Source: an uncultured delta proteobacterium (lineage in GTDB: Bacteria; Myxococcota_A; Polyangia; Polyangiales; Polyangiaceae). From it: a stretch of DNA of 64,000 nt. This document shows positions 38,519-47,886 of the stretch, one piece after another (positions within the stretch are counted from its first letter, which is position 1; each line of letters starts with the position of its first letter). The position numbers and the translations under genes are program-made. The notes below the pieces were generated by a model. It ran no database searches. It had not been told where the DNA came from and was given only the letters and a program-made list of their open reading frames with translations. The DNA lies in the NCBI GenBank assembly GCA_963696385.1, contig CAVOKF010000005.1, forward strand, positions 768,001 through 832,000. The letters run 5' to 3'.

Positions 38519-39364
38519 TCAGCCGCCGAGGCCGAGCTTCACGGACATCTGGGCACCCAGTTCCGCCGAGCGCTCCGACGCCGCCTCGACGGCGTCGATC
38601 AGCGTCCTTCGAAGCGCGCCGCTCTCGAGCATGTGGAGGCCCGCGATGGATGTTCCCCCGGGGCTCGTGACCATGTCCTTCAAGCGGCCCGGGTGCTCGC
38701 CGGTCTCGAGCAAGAGCTTCGCGGACCCGAAGACCGTCTGAGCCGCAAGCAACAGCGCCGTATCTCGCGGCAGCCCGGCTTTGACGCCGCCGTCGGCGAG
38801 CGCCTCGATAATAACCATCACGTAGGCTGGCCCGCTTCCGCTCAGTCCCGTAACGGCGTCGAGCAACGCCTCTTCCACGACGACCACTCGGCCGACGGCC
38901 TCGAACAGTTCACGGGACATGCGCAAATCGCTCTCGTAGGCGTGTGCCCCGGGGGCGATAGCCGTTGCGCCGGCTTGCACGATGGCCGGAGTGTTCGGCA
39001 TCGCGCGCACCACTCGCGAGCCCGGTGGAAGGCGGTTTTCGAGCGCAGCGAGCGTGACTCCGGCCGCGACCGAGACGACGAGTTGGTCGGCACGAACATC
39101 GTTCGCAATCTCGGTCAAGACTTTGTCGAGGGTCTGAGGCTTGACGCCGAGCAGCAGGACGTCGCACTCGCGCACGAGCGTCCGGTTGTCTCCGGTCGTA
39201 CGGATGCCGTGGCGAACGTGCAGTTCCTCGAGCCGGTCGACCTTGGCGTCGCTCGCCATGATTCGATCGGCGGTCACGCCACCGCCGACAAGGAGCCCCT
39301 TGATGAGCGCGCCGCTCATATTGCCGGCCCCGAGAAAGCCCAAGCCGATGCTGCTTAGGCCCAT
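38519..39364 (-). CDS. proC: Pyrroline-5-carboxylate reductase
   Basis: Motifs GFLGAGNM, VKPQ, RAMPNTP, LSGSGPAY and VTSPGGT. Confidence 0.96.
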   Translation of the reverse strand: MGLSSIGLGFLGAGNMSGALIKGLLVGGGVTADRIMASDAKVDRLEELHVRHGIRTTGDNRTLVRECDVLLLGVKPQTLDKVLTEIANDVRADQLVVSVAAGVTLAALENRLPPGSRVVRAMPNTPAIVQAGATAIAPGAHAYESDLRMSRELFEAVGRVVVVEEALLDAVTGLSGSGPAYVMVIIEALADGGVKAGLPRDTALLLAAQTVFGSAKLLLETGEHPGRLKDMVTSPGGTSIAGLHMLESGALRRTLIDAVEAASERSAELGAQMSVKLGLGG

Positions 39365-40494
39365 GACCGAGCCCAAGTCGCCAGTGCCATGACGATCCAC
39401 TGCTCCACGAGCGATTGGGGGAACAGATCGTCTTCGCCCAGATCCCTTGCGAACCTTTCCCAGCGCGACTGCAGCACCGCGCGGCGTGCGACGGTCGGGT
39501 CATCGATGAGGGCCGCGGCCCAGGCGATGCCGAGTACGGAAAAACGCTCGTTCGCGGCCAGATCCACATGCCGGCCTGCGAGCGTCACCGGCGCGCCTTG
39601 TCCGACCGAGGCGAGCGCTTCGCCGCGCCAACGCCTCGGAATGGTGAGCGTCCCCACGAGCGCCGCGAGCCGAACCCCCAAGCCGGGATGCAAATCGGAC
39701 AGCATGTAGCGGATCCCGTCGACGGCAGCGGCTCCGAGTTTGCTGCGTGCTTCCACCCGCTCTTGCGCCTCGCGACGCGCGGCCTCGACCTCCGGTTCGG
39801 CAATGCCCGTTTTGTGTGCGACGACGCGAATGGCGTGTTCCTCGCGTGGATCGATTCCATCCGCCGCTGCGGCCAGCCACGCGCCTCGAACGATGGCGCG
39901 GGCGACGCCGTGATCGAGTTCGCCATAAACGTCGAGAGTCTCCGGTGCGATCGGCGTCTCGGCCAGCAGCGCGGTCGCATCCGGCTCTGGCAGACCGAAC
40001 GCCGCCACCACCGCCGCCAGCGTCGTGATCTCTTCGGCGTCGAGCGGCCCATCGGCCGCGAACACCGCGCGCAAGGTGCGGGTCGCCAAGGAGCCGCATC
40101 GCTTGACCCGGGCGATGTCTCGTTCGCTCGGCTTATTCGAAAACAGGCTCCGGAGTCCGCGCGCGCCGACCTCGAGCGTTACCTTCTCCCGCACGACGCC
40201 CATCATCGGGATCCACCCCGGCGGCGAGAGCGGGGCCATTGCGCGCACCATGTCGATCACCCACGCGTCGAAGTGGGTCAGCATTCGGGCCTGCGGTTGG
40301 CCATGAATCGCCGCGGCGTAAGCACTCGCGCGCCGGTGGGCGAGCGCTTCGAGGATGTCCTTGTCGTTCGCCCCGGCGGCGAAGACGAAAATCGCGTCTT
40401 CTCCAAGGACGCCCAGAAGCCGAGCGAGCGCTCGGGATGCGCCGTCATCCGGAATCGCCGAATGCGCAGGCTGTTCGATGAGACCTTCAACCAT
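39355..40494 (-). CDS. Hypothetical protein with tandem TerB-like motifs
   Basis: VFAADGPLDAEE and AAADGIDPREE resemble the TerB A-D-G-x(4)-E signature; overlaps the proC start. Confidence 0.6.
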   Translation of the reverse strand: MVEGLIEQPAHSAIPDDGASRALARLLGVLGEDAIFVFAAGANDKDILEALAHRRASAYAAAIHGQPQARMLTHFDAWVIDMVRAMAPLSPPGWIPMMGVVREKVTLEVGARGLRSLFSNKPSERDIARVKRCGSLATRTLRAVFAADGPLDAEEITTLAAVVAAFGLPEPDATALLAETPIAPETLDVYGELDHGVARAIVRGAWLAAAADGIDPREEHAIRVVAHKTGIAEPEVEAARREAQERVEARSKLGAAAVDGIRYMLSDLHPGLGVRLAALVGTLTIPRRWRGEALASVGQGAPVTLAGRHVDLAANERFSVLGIAWAAALIDDPTVARRAVLQSRWERFARDLGEDDLFPQSLVEQWIVMALATWARSWA

Positions 40495-40594
40495 GGGCTG
40501 CGATATCGCGACGGTAGCGCATCCGCCGAGGCGACGACCAATCGAAAAGTCGACCTCGGGATCGATCGGGATGGCCGCCGCTGTCGGGATTCGG

Positions 40595-41158
40595 TCAGAG
40601 GGCCATAAGAAGCTGCTGCACCATGCGGTACGTCATCCCCCAGAGGATGCGCCCGTCGAGGTGCACGCAGGGCGTCTCGACCGCCCGGCCGCCGCCCGTG
40701 TACGTGAACGTGGCCGGTGCCCCCGAAGCGCCCAACGCCGTGAGCGGCACCCAGAGAACGTCCCTCACTTCGCCGTTCGTCGACAGCGGGCTACCGCCGT
40801 TCTCGACGGCGAAAACGAACTGGGCCACCCGGACGCCGTTGACCCGAGCCGCAACGTCGCCCAATCGAGCCAGCAGGGCCGTTTCGGGGAGCCGCAGGCC
40901 GACCTCCTCCTCTGTCTCGCGGAGCGCCGTGCGCAAGAGCGAGTCGTCGGTTCGGTCCCGCTTTCCACCCGGGAACGCAAGGTGTCCGGACCACGGATCC
41001 CCGGCGCGCTCGGCCCGTTCGATGAGGAGGATCTCGACGTCATCATGGCCTTCGCGGACGATCGTCGCGACCGCGGCGGAAGGCTCCTCCGGCGTCGGTT
41101 CTGGGGCAGGCCGGCTGCGCAGCCGCTCCTTGACCGAGATCCAATGGACGGGTGCCAT
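40595..41158 (-). CDS. Nudix hydrolase, CoA pyrophosphatase (NudL/PCD1-like)
   Basis: LLIERA...WSGHLAFPGGKRD...TALRETEEEVGL and ILWGMT. Confidence 0.92.
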   Translation of the reverse strand: MAPVHWISVKERLRSRPAPEPTPEEPSAAVATIVREGHDDVEILLIERAERAGDPWSGHLAFPGGKRDRTDDSLLRTALRETEEEVGLRLPETALLARLGDVAARVNGVRVAQFVFAVENGGSPLSTNGEVRDVLWVPLTALGASGAPATFTYTGGGRAVETPCVHLDGRILWGMTYRMVQQLLMAL

Positions 41159-41242
41159 GACGCTTGCTCCTTCTATCGCGGAATCCCGGACCCCGCCGCG
41201 CGGTGGGCGAACCGCGCCCGGTCGCGTGACTGCACTTCGCGT

Positions 41243-42829
41243 TCACGGCAGCGCTAGCTCGCGCGTGTCGTGCTCCTTCCCATCGCGCAGCAAAGTCACT
41301 CGCAGCATGCGTACCTCGGCCGCGACCACGATGGGTACCCGAACCACCGCGTCGCCCGCCTTTGCGGGCAGCACGACATTCGCGCGGTTCCACGGACTCT
41401 CGAGCTCCGAGGAGGCGAGCGACGCGCGCCACGGCCAACGGGTCCCAGGTGTCGGAACGACCTCCACAGCCAGGCGCCAGGCGCCCGGCAAATCCGGGTA
41501 CCGGTGCGGCAGAGTGCCGGCGTAGGGCGAGAAGGCGAGGAAGTTCGCCTGTCGGCCGTACGCCGGTCCCGTGCGGCCGAAGACCGGTGGCTGGGTCGGC
41601 GTGTGCGCCGGAGCGTGCACGCTGGCCTCGACGACCACGCCGTCGGCCTGGGCCAGCGCCCGCACATCCGTGAGGCGCGGTTCCTCGAGTGGGCCTAGAA
41701 CCCGACCTGCGGGGTCCAGCCAGAGCGATGCCTTGCTACACGGCTCGTGGATTTCGTCGCTTGCGAGAGTGGCACACGCGCCGCATTGACAGCCGTCGCA
41801 CACCGGAAGCTCGGTGTCGCCGAGGAGGCCTCGTTCGGCGCGAAGCCATTGTTCCAGTGTGATCTCGTCGGGCGAGCCCGGACGGCTCTCGAGCCAGGCG
41901 TCGTGGTAGCGCGCGGCGGCGTCGACGCCGATGTAACGCACGTGCCAGGGCTCGCTCTTGTAACCCGTCTTCGGATCGATCGGCACGGGTCGATCCGTGC
42001 GCGTCGCGCAGCGCGAAGCGCCTTTGCGGTCGTCGGGATGGATGGGATAGGAGACCACGAACCCGAACCGCCAAGCGAAGTCGTCGAGCCAGGTGCCGCC
42101 ACGCGTGCACCCGAAGCCGTCGCGAAAGACCCCCCGGCCCGTTCGAGCTCCGTCGTCCATCCACTCCTTGGTGAATACGTCGAGCGTGGTTCCCAGCTGA
42201 TGCTGACTATGGCCCGGAAGGGCGCTCTGTTCGGTGGCCTCGCAGAATCCTCCGCGAGCCTGACGTGCCCAGCTGTCGAACACCCAGCACTGGGTCCCGA
42301 ACCCCCTGAATGCGGACTGAACGCGGCCCTCGATGCCCTCGGCGCGCATGGCGTCGAACATCGCGTGCAAGGCCATGGCCGCGTCGCGCCGAAGGCACTC
42401 GCGCTGCGAGCCGCACTCCGCGGCCGTGCGTGCTCTGCCATCCTTCAAGTCGACCAGATCGGTCGGCGCGTAGTCGGGTGCGAGCGCACCGGTCGGAGAG
42501 CGATTGACGATCGCCAGCCAATCGTCGCCGTTCACAAAGGCCACTCGCGTGTCGGCAGGTGCCAAGAAAGAATGAAACGGACCGCCGCGCTGCAGCGTGG
42601 GGCACGTGTAATGACCGATGGGGGTCGCAGGGCCGAAGGGAAACGCGTCGGTCGCCGTGAGGGTAGCGGTCGGGGTCGCCGTGAGGGTCGGGGTCTGGGG
42701 CGCGGTCGGGGTCGCGGTCGGGGTCGGCGTCACCAGGGCAGGGAGCGGCGTGTCCGTGTCGCCCGCCCTTGCCGCATGGCACCCACTCACGACCGCCAAC
42801 CAGGCCGTTGCGTATCGCAGCACGATCAC
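41243..42829 (-). CDS. M15B/VanY-like D,D-carboxypeptidase lipoprotein with Pro/Thr linker and Cys-rich C-terminal extension
   Basis: VSGC lipobox; (PT/AT)n linker; motifs SAFR, PGHSQHQLGTTLD and EPWHVRYIG; GTGA overlap with the upstream gene stop. Confidence 0.85.
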   Translation of the reverse strand: MIVLRYATAWLAVVSGCHAARAGDTDTPLPALVTPTPTATPTAPQTPTLTATPTATLTATDAFPFGPATPIGHYTCPTLQRGGPFHSFLAPADTRVAFVNGDDWLAIVNRSPTGALAPDYAPTDLVDLKDGRARTAAECGSQRECLRRDAAMALHAMFDAMRAEGIEGRVQSAFRGFGTQCWVFDSWARQARGGFCEATEQSALPGHSQHQLGTTLDVFTKEWMDDGARTGRGVFRDGFGCTRGGTWLDDFAWRFGFVVSYPIHPDDRKGASRCATRTDRPVPIDPKTGYKSEPWHVRYIGVDAAARYHDAWLESRPGSPDEITLEQWLRAERGLLGDTELPVCDGCQCGACATLASDEIHEPCSKASLWLDPAGRVLGPLEEPRLTDVRALAQADGVVVEASVHAPAHTPTQPPVFGRTGPAYGRQANFLAFSPYAGTLPHRYPDLPGAWRLAVEVVPTPGTRWPWRASLASSELESPWNRANVVLPAKAGDAVVRVPIVVAAEVRMLRVTLLRDGKEHDTRELALP

Positions 42830-43638
42830 CACTCGATCTGGTACCGCGCCGGGTCGTTCCCGTTCACTCGCATGACCATCCGTGACGCGCTCAAGTGCAC
42901 CGTCGCATGGGCTGCCGCAGCCCGTCCGGGACCGTCGTCGTCGAGATTCTCGATGAGGCTCTGCACGGTGATGTACGGGATCGCTGCGATCACGTCGAGG
43001 TGGTTCCAGTGCAGGTGCCCGTTGATGACGGCGCGCACCCGATGCGATTGCTCGAAGGCATGGCGCAGCTCGGCGCGCTCCTTGACGAGCGCAAGGTGCG
43101 CGCGGCCTGGCCACCAGCGCGAGTCATCGAGGGATTGCTCGCTCGCCGAATGATGCATCAACACGATGGTGGGAGTGTTCGCGGCCGCCAGGTCGGCGTA
43201 AAGCCACTCGATCTGTGGGCCGGGGACGCGGACTTCGACGTCCTGCCGCTCGATCGTATGCAAAACGATGAAGTGCCACCCGGCCACGTCGAACGCATAG
43301 TAGAGGGGCCCGCTGCGCCCCCAAAATTCGTTCAAGTCGTTGCGGTTCAAGTGAATCATGTCGTGGTTGCCGGCGACGTTGACGATGGGTGCGCGCGACT
43401 GCCGCAAGATCGTCTGGCATTGCCCGTATCTCGCGAGGTCCGCCTCCCGCGATTCGTCCTCGATGTCGTCTCCGAGGTTGACGACCAGATCGGGGTGAAC
43501 GACGTCGTTCATCCGGTTTACGAAGTCGCGTGCGAGTGGGGCCGCGCGATGCGTCAGCTTGCGAAGTTTGCCCTGAAAGCGAGCTTCCGGCCCAAAGTGC
43601 AGGTCGGTCACGATGCCGATCGTCAGAGGGTCCGCCAT
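42826..43638 (-). CDS. Calcineurin-like metallophosphoesterase (Icc/GpdQ-like)
   Basis: Motifs TDLH, NLGD, AGNHD, MHH and GHLH. Start at 43638 or 43647. Confidence 0.9.
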   Translation of the reverse strand: MADPLTIGIVTDLHFGPEARFQGKLRKLTHRAAPLARDFVNRMNDVVHPDLVVNLGDDIEDESREADLARYGQCQTILRQSRAPIVNVAGNHDMIHLNRNDLNEFWGRSGPLYYAFDVAGWHFIVLHTIERQDVEVRVPGPQIEWLYADLAAANTPTIVLMHHSASEQSLDDSRWWPGRAHLALVKERAELRHAFEQSHRVRAVINGHLHWNHLDVIAAIPYITVQSLIENLDDDGPGRAAAAHATVHLSASRMVMRVNGNDPARYQIEW

Positions 43639-43737
43639 GCGCTCCATGCTATCAGGCTGGCGGCATCGGCTGCCCGGTTGCCTCGGTGCGCGCTCAGGTG
43701 GCGACCGGTCCTTCGGCGCATGATATTCGTCCTCATC

Positions 43738-44508
43738 ATGCGTCCCATCGTGATCGGTGCCGGCAGGGGCAGCCGCCTCGGGCCGGAGACAGACGACACC
43801 CCCAAAGCGCTCGTGGCGGTGATGGGCAGGCCGATGCTCGAATGGATCGTCGAGTCGCTAAGTGCGGCAGGGTTCAAGCGACGCGACGTCGTCTACATTT
43901 GCGGATACAAGGCGGACGTCGTGCGGGCCCGATATCCCGAATTCACGTTCGTCGAAAACCGCGACTGGGAGCACAACAACATCCTCGCATCGTTGCTCTG
44001 CGCTCGAGACGAACTCGCCGATGGATTCGTCTCGAGCTACGCGGATATCGTTTATCGTGGATCCACCGTACGCCGGCTCGTCGAGGCCGCGTACGACAAG
44101 GTCCTGGCATGTGACACGGACTGGCGCCGGCGCTACGTCGACCGATCGCTTCACCCCGAGAGCGATGGAGAAAAGATGCTCGCCGACGGCGACCGAATCA
44201 TCCAGTTGTCGAGGCGAATCCCACCCGATCGAGCCACCGGCGAATTCATCGGAGTGACGAAATTCTCTCCCGATGGCGCCCGAGAGCTCGTCGCCGCCTA
44301 CGACGAAGCGCGATCCCGTCACCAGGGTGCGACGTGGCGCGAGGGACGCAGCTTCGAGCGCGCTTACCTCATCGACCTGTTTCAGGACATGATCGAGCGA
44401 GGTTCGGCGTTTCATCGGGTCGACACGGACGGCGGATACATGGAGATCGACACCCTCGAGGATCTCGCGTGCGCCCAGAAGTGGTGGCGCGAGTCGCGTC
44501 CGGAGTGA
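43738..44508 (+). CDS. Phosphocholine cytidylyltransferase-like (LicC-type) nucleotidyltransferase
   Basis: Motifs IGAGRGSRL...PKAL, ICGYK, NNILASL, SYADI, GEFIG and MEIDTLEDL. Confidence 0.85.
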   Translation: MRPIVIGAGRGSRLGPETDDTPKALVAVMGRPMLEWIVESLSAAGFKRRDVVYICGYKADVVRARYPEFTFVENRDWEHNNILASLLCARDELADGFVSSYADIVYRGSTVRRLVEAAYDKVLACDTDWRRRYVDRSLHPESDGEKMLADGDRIIQLSRRIPPDRATGEFIGVTKFSPDGARELVAAYDEARSRHQGATWREGRSFERAYLIDLFQDMIERGSAFHRVDTDGGYMEIDTLEDLACAQKWWRESRPE

Positions 44509-45626
44509 CCTCGGCCTCCGCGGAGATCCGGCTCGAGGGCGTGACCAAGCGCTACGGGGCGCATCGGCGGCGCGAAAGCCCCCGGGCCGAAGCGGCCGAG
44601 GGCGCGCTCGATCGCGTCACGCTTTCGGTCGATCGTGGGGAAATCCTGGTCGTAGTGGGTCCGAGCGGTTGCGGAAAGTCGACGCTTCTGCGGGTCATCG
44701 CCGGCCTCGAGGAGCCCGACTCGGGGGTGGTGGCCATCGGTGGCCGTCCTATGACGGGCGTCGCGCCGCAAGAGCGCGACGTGGCGATGGTGTTTCAGGG
44801 ATACGCGCTCTATCCGCACATGACCGCGCGGCAGATCATGGAATTTCCGCTCAAGATGCGGCGAGTGCCCAGCGCGCGCCGGACGGATTCGGTCGTCGAG
44901 GTGGCCGGGCTTTTGCGGATCGAGCATTTGCTGGATCGCCGCCCGGCCGAAATGTCCGGCGGCGAACGGCAGCGCGTTGCTATGGGTCGAGCCATCGTCC
45001 GAAAGCCGCGGGCGTTTCTTTTCGACGAGCCGCTGTCCAACCTCGATGCGTCGCTTCGAGGCGACTTGCGCGGCGAGATTTCAACGCTCTTGCGCCGTCT
45101 GGGCGCCACCGCGATTTACGTGACGCATGACCATGTCGAGGCGATGACCCTTGCCGACCGAATCGCAGTGATGCGGGCGGGCCGGCTGCTGCAAGTCGGA
45201 ACGCCGCGCGAGGTCTACGAGCGTCCGGCGACAGCGTTCGTCGGTGCGTTCCTCGGCTCGCCGCGGATGAACTTCGTCGCGGCGCGGGTCGAGGGCGACG
45301 CGATCGTCGCCGGCCCATTCCGCTGGTCGCGTCCGGCCGTGGGGCTGCCGGAGCGATTCGAGATCGGCATCCGTCCCGAACACGTTCGACTCGGGGATGC
45401 GGGCGAGACGGGACCGGACGCGCCGGCTTGGCAGGGCGGTGAAATCGTGGCCGTCGAGCCGCTGGGGGCCGAAAGTCATCTCATCGTGCGGGTTGGTGGT
45501 CTCGACCTTCGCGCCCATGCGCCGGGCTTCGACGCGCGCCGCCGCGGCGATTCGGTGGGAGTCTTCGTCGACGCGTCGAGGATTCTTCTGTTCGAGGCGG
45601 AGGCGGGTCAGAATCGCCTCGGATGA
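44505..45626 (+). CDS. CUT1 ABC importer ATP-binding subunit (UgpC/MalK-like)
   Basis: Motifs GPSGCGKS, MVFQGYALYPHM, MSGGERQR, FDEPLSNLD and YVTHD; TOBE-like tail; GTGA overlap. Confidence 0.94.
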   Translation: MTSASAEIRLEGVTKRYGAHRRRESPRAEAAEGALDRVTLSVDRGEILVVVGPSGCGKSTLLRVIAGLEEPDSGVVAIGGRPMTGVAPQERDVAMVFQGYALYPHMTARQIMEFPLKMRRVPSARRTDSVVEVAGLLRIEHLLDRRPAEMSGGERQRVAMGRAIVRKPRAFLFDEPLSNLDASLRGDLRGEISTLLRRLGATAIYVTHDHVEAMTLADRIAVMRAGRLLQVGTPREVYERPATAFVGAFLGSPRMNFVAARVEGDAIVAGPFRWSRPAVGLPERFEIGIRPEHVRLGDAGETGPDAPAWQGGEIVAVEPLGAESHLIVRVGGLDLRAHAPGFDARRRGDSVGVFVDASRILLFEAEAGQNRLG

Positions 45627-45730
45627 CGATTTGCCTCAGGGCGAGTGGCTCGCGGGCAGGCCCTATCGCTACACTCGGTTCGAGGGGCGTGAGACGGCAT
45701 CGGTGTCCCGTCGTAAGCTGGCGGGTCGCC

Positions 45731-47017
45731 GTGCCGCCTTCTCGCCGCGATATGCTCCGCGTGACCGCTGCGGCGTTTGCGTCCGCGCCGCTCGGCTGCG
45801 CCCCGCGCGATCGTGGAACCCGTGAGCGCGGCCGCGTCGTCGTGACGTTCTGGTACGCATTGGGCGATCTGAACCGCAAAGTCTTGCTGGATCGTGTCGC
45901 CGCATTCAACGCCAGCCAGTCGCGCATCGAGGTCAAGCCGGTCCATCAAGGGGACTATTTCGAGGCGCTCGCCAAGCTGCGCACCGCCATCGCCGCCGAT
46001 CGGGCGCCGACGCTTTCGCACGTCGTGCTTGAGGTGCTGCCGTACCTTGCACGCGCCGGCGTGCTCGAGCCCCTCGACCGGTACGACGCTGCCGGCAGTA
46101 TCCCCTTTATCCCGGCGCTCACGCAGGCGGGATCGTTCGCGGTGGATCCGCGCGATTCCGTCTTCGGGATTCCGTTCAATCGATCGACGCCGATCGTCTT
46201 CGCGAATCGGCATGCTCTCGATCGCGGCGCGGTAGCACTGCCGTCGAACTGGGAGGAGCTCGTCGACGTCGCGCGCCGACTGACGTGGCGCGCCGCCAAC
46301 GGCGAGACCCGCTTTGGATTCGAGGTGCCCATTTCCTGGTGGTATTGGGTCGCGATGGTGGGGCAGGGCGGTGGACGGCTGGTCGACGACCGCGGACGCG
46401 TCACGCTCGGCGGCGACGCCGGCGAGCGCGCGATTCGCTTTTGGCAGCGGCTCGTGCACGAGGACAAAGTGATGCGTCCTCCCGCCGGCCGCGACTACCA
46501 GGCGTGGCAATCGACCAACGAAAACTTCTTGCGAGGAGGCGTGGCGATGATCTGGAGCAGCACCGCGTTCGTCCGCTACCTCGAAGACAACGCGCCCTTT
46601 CCCGTCGTCGCGGGTCCGTTGCCCCGCGGGCCGGTCCGCGCCAGCGTTCCGACCGGGGGCACGATGTTCGTGATTCTGCGCGCGGCACCCGAGGAAGAGA
46701 AACGGGCGGCCTGGGAGTTTTTGCAATGGATGTGCGACGCCGATCAAGTGATCGCGTGGTCGACCCGAACGGGCTACATGCCCGTCACGAAGGTCGCCGT
46801 GGAGCGGTTGATCGCGCAAGGCTTCTACGAACGTCACCCCAACGACCGAGTTGCCTACGATCAACTCGCCGCCGTCGAGCCGTGGCCGTGGGCACCGGAG
46901 CTCTTTCGTATCGAGCGCGATGCGGTCGAGCCGCGGCTCGAGGATGCGGTGTTCGCTGGGCGCGACGCGCACGAAGTGATGCAGGAGGCGCGCGAGGACG
47001 CGCGCAGACCCGGGTGA
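45731..47017 (+). CDS. CUT1 ABC substrate-binding lipoprotein (UgpB-like, Tat signal)
   Basis: SRRDML twin-Arg signal with LGC lipobox; motifs FNASQ, GIPFNRSTP and WSTRTGYMPV. Confidence 0.88.
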   Translation: MPPSRRDMLRVTAAAFASAPLGCAPRDRGTRERGRVVVTFWYALGDLNRKVLLDRVAAFNASQSRIEVKPVHQGDYFEALAKLRTAIAADRAPTLSHVVLEVLPYLARAGVLEPLDRYDAAGSIPFIPALTQAGSFAVDPRDSVFGIPFNRSTPIVFANRHALDRGAVALPSNWEELVDVARRLTWRAANGETRFGFEVPISWWYWVAMVGQGGGRLVDDRGRVTLGGDAGERAIRFWQRLVHEDKVMRPPAGRDYQAWQSTNENFLRGGVAMIWSSTAFVRYLEDNAPFPVVAGPLPRGPVRASVPTGGTMFVILRAAPEEEKRAAWEFLQWMCDADQVIAWSTRTGYMPVTKVAVERLIAQGFYERHPNDRVAYDQLAAVEPWPWAPELFRIERDAVEPRLEDAVFAGRDAHEVMQEAREDARRPG

Positions 47018-47886
47018 CGCCCCGTTCCCGATGGCATCCGTGGACGATGCTCGGACCGACCTTGGCTCTGCTGGTCGTATTTTTCATCGTTCCCATCGGC
47101 ATCGCGGCTTACGAGAGTTTCTTCTCTTGGGATCTGATCACGCCCCCCCGGTTCGTCGGCGGCGACAACTACCGAGCCGTCGCCGCTCATGGGGAGCTCG
47201 TCCGCATAGCGCTTCGAACGCTCGGCTACAGCGCGCTCGTCGTCTGCGGCACGATGTCGACCGGACTGGCGCTGGCGCTGTTGCTCGATCGCCCGGGTCG
47301 CGTGGTCGCGTTCGTCAGGGCGAGCATTTTCAGTGCGTACGTCGTCAGCTGGGTCGCCGTGGCGCTCTTGTGGATGTGGATCTTGGATCCGAACGCGGGC
47401 ATCGCCGGAAGCGTGTTGCGCGCGTTCGGCGTAACGCAGCTGTCCTTGTTGGGAGATCCCCGCTGGGCCCTTCCGACGCTTGCCTTGGTGGGCACGTGGA
47501 AGCTCACGGGATACGCGATGATCGTCTTTCTCGCGGGCTTGCAGAACATTCCCCGGCCGCTGCAAGAGGCCGCCGCGCTCGATGGAGCGCGCGCTCTGAC
47601 GCGACTGCGCTACGTCACGCTGCCACTTTTGGCCCCCACGGCCGCCTTCGTGGCGACGACGACCCTCGTCACGAGCTTTCAGGCGTTCGACATCGTGCGG
47701 ATCATCACGCAAGGGGGACCGGCACGCGCGACGGAACTGTTCGTTTACGCGATCTACGAGCAAATATTTCTGGACCTTCGCGTCGGGCGGGCGAGCGCTT
47801 TGACGGTGGTCTTCTTCGCCCTTTTGCTCGCGGCGTCCGCCCTTCAGCTTCGCGTGTGGAACGTGCGCGCAGGCTCGTCGCGATGA
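47014..47886 (+). CDS. CUT1 ABC permease (UgpA-like)
   Basis: FVGGDNY and the EAA loop FLAGLQNIP...EAAALDGA; GTGA overlap. Confidence 0.92.
   Translation: MTPRSRWHPWTMLGPTLALLVVFFIVPIGIAAYESFFSWDLITPPRFVGGDNYRAVAAHGELVRIALRTLGYSALVVCGTMSTGLALALLLDRPGRVVAFVRASIFSAYVVSWVAVALLWMWILDPNAGIAGSVLRAFGVTQLSLLGDPRWALPTLALVGTWKLTGYAMIVFLAGLQNIPRPLQEAAALDGARALTRLRYVTLPLLAPTAAFVATTTLVTSFQAFDIVRIITQGGPARATELFVYAIYEQIFLDLRVGRASALTVVFFALLLAASALQLRVWNVRAGSSR

Noticed and set aside
42650..42730. Hexamer-periodic repeat ggtcgg/ggtcgc
   Set aside because: It encodes an ordinary Pro/Thr/Ala linker of the VanY-like lipoprotein.
42895..43737. Apparent N-terminal extensions of the nucleotidyltransferase and ABC permeases
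   Set aside because: They overlap genuine genes in other frames or strands; the true starts coincide with family N-termini and 4-nt stop/start overlaps.
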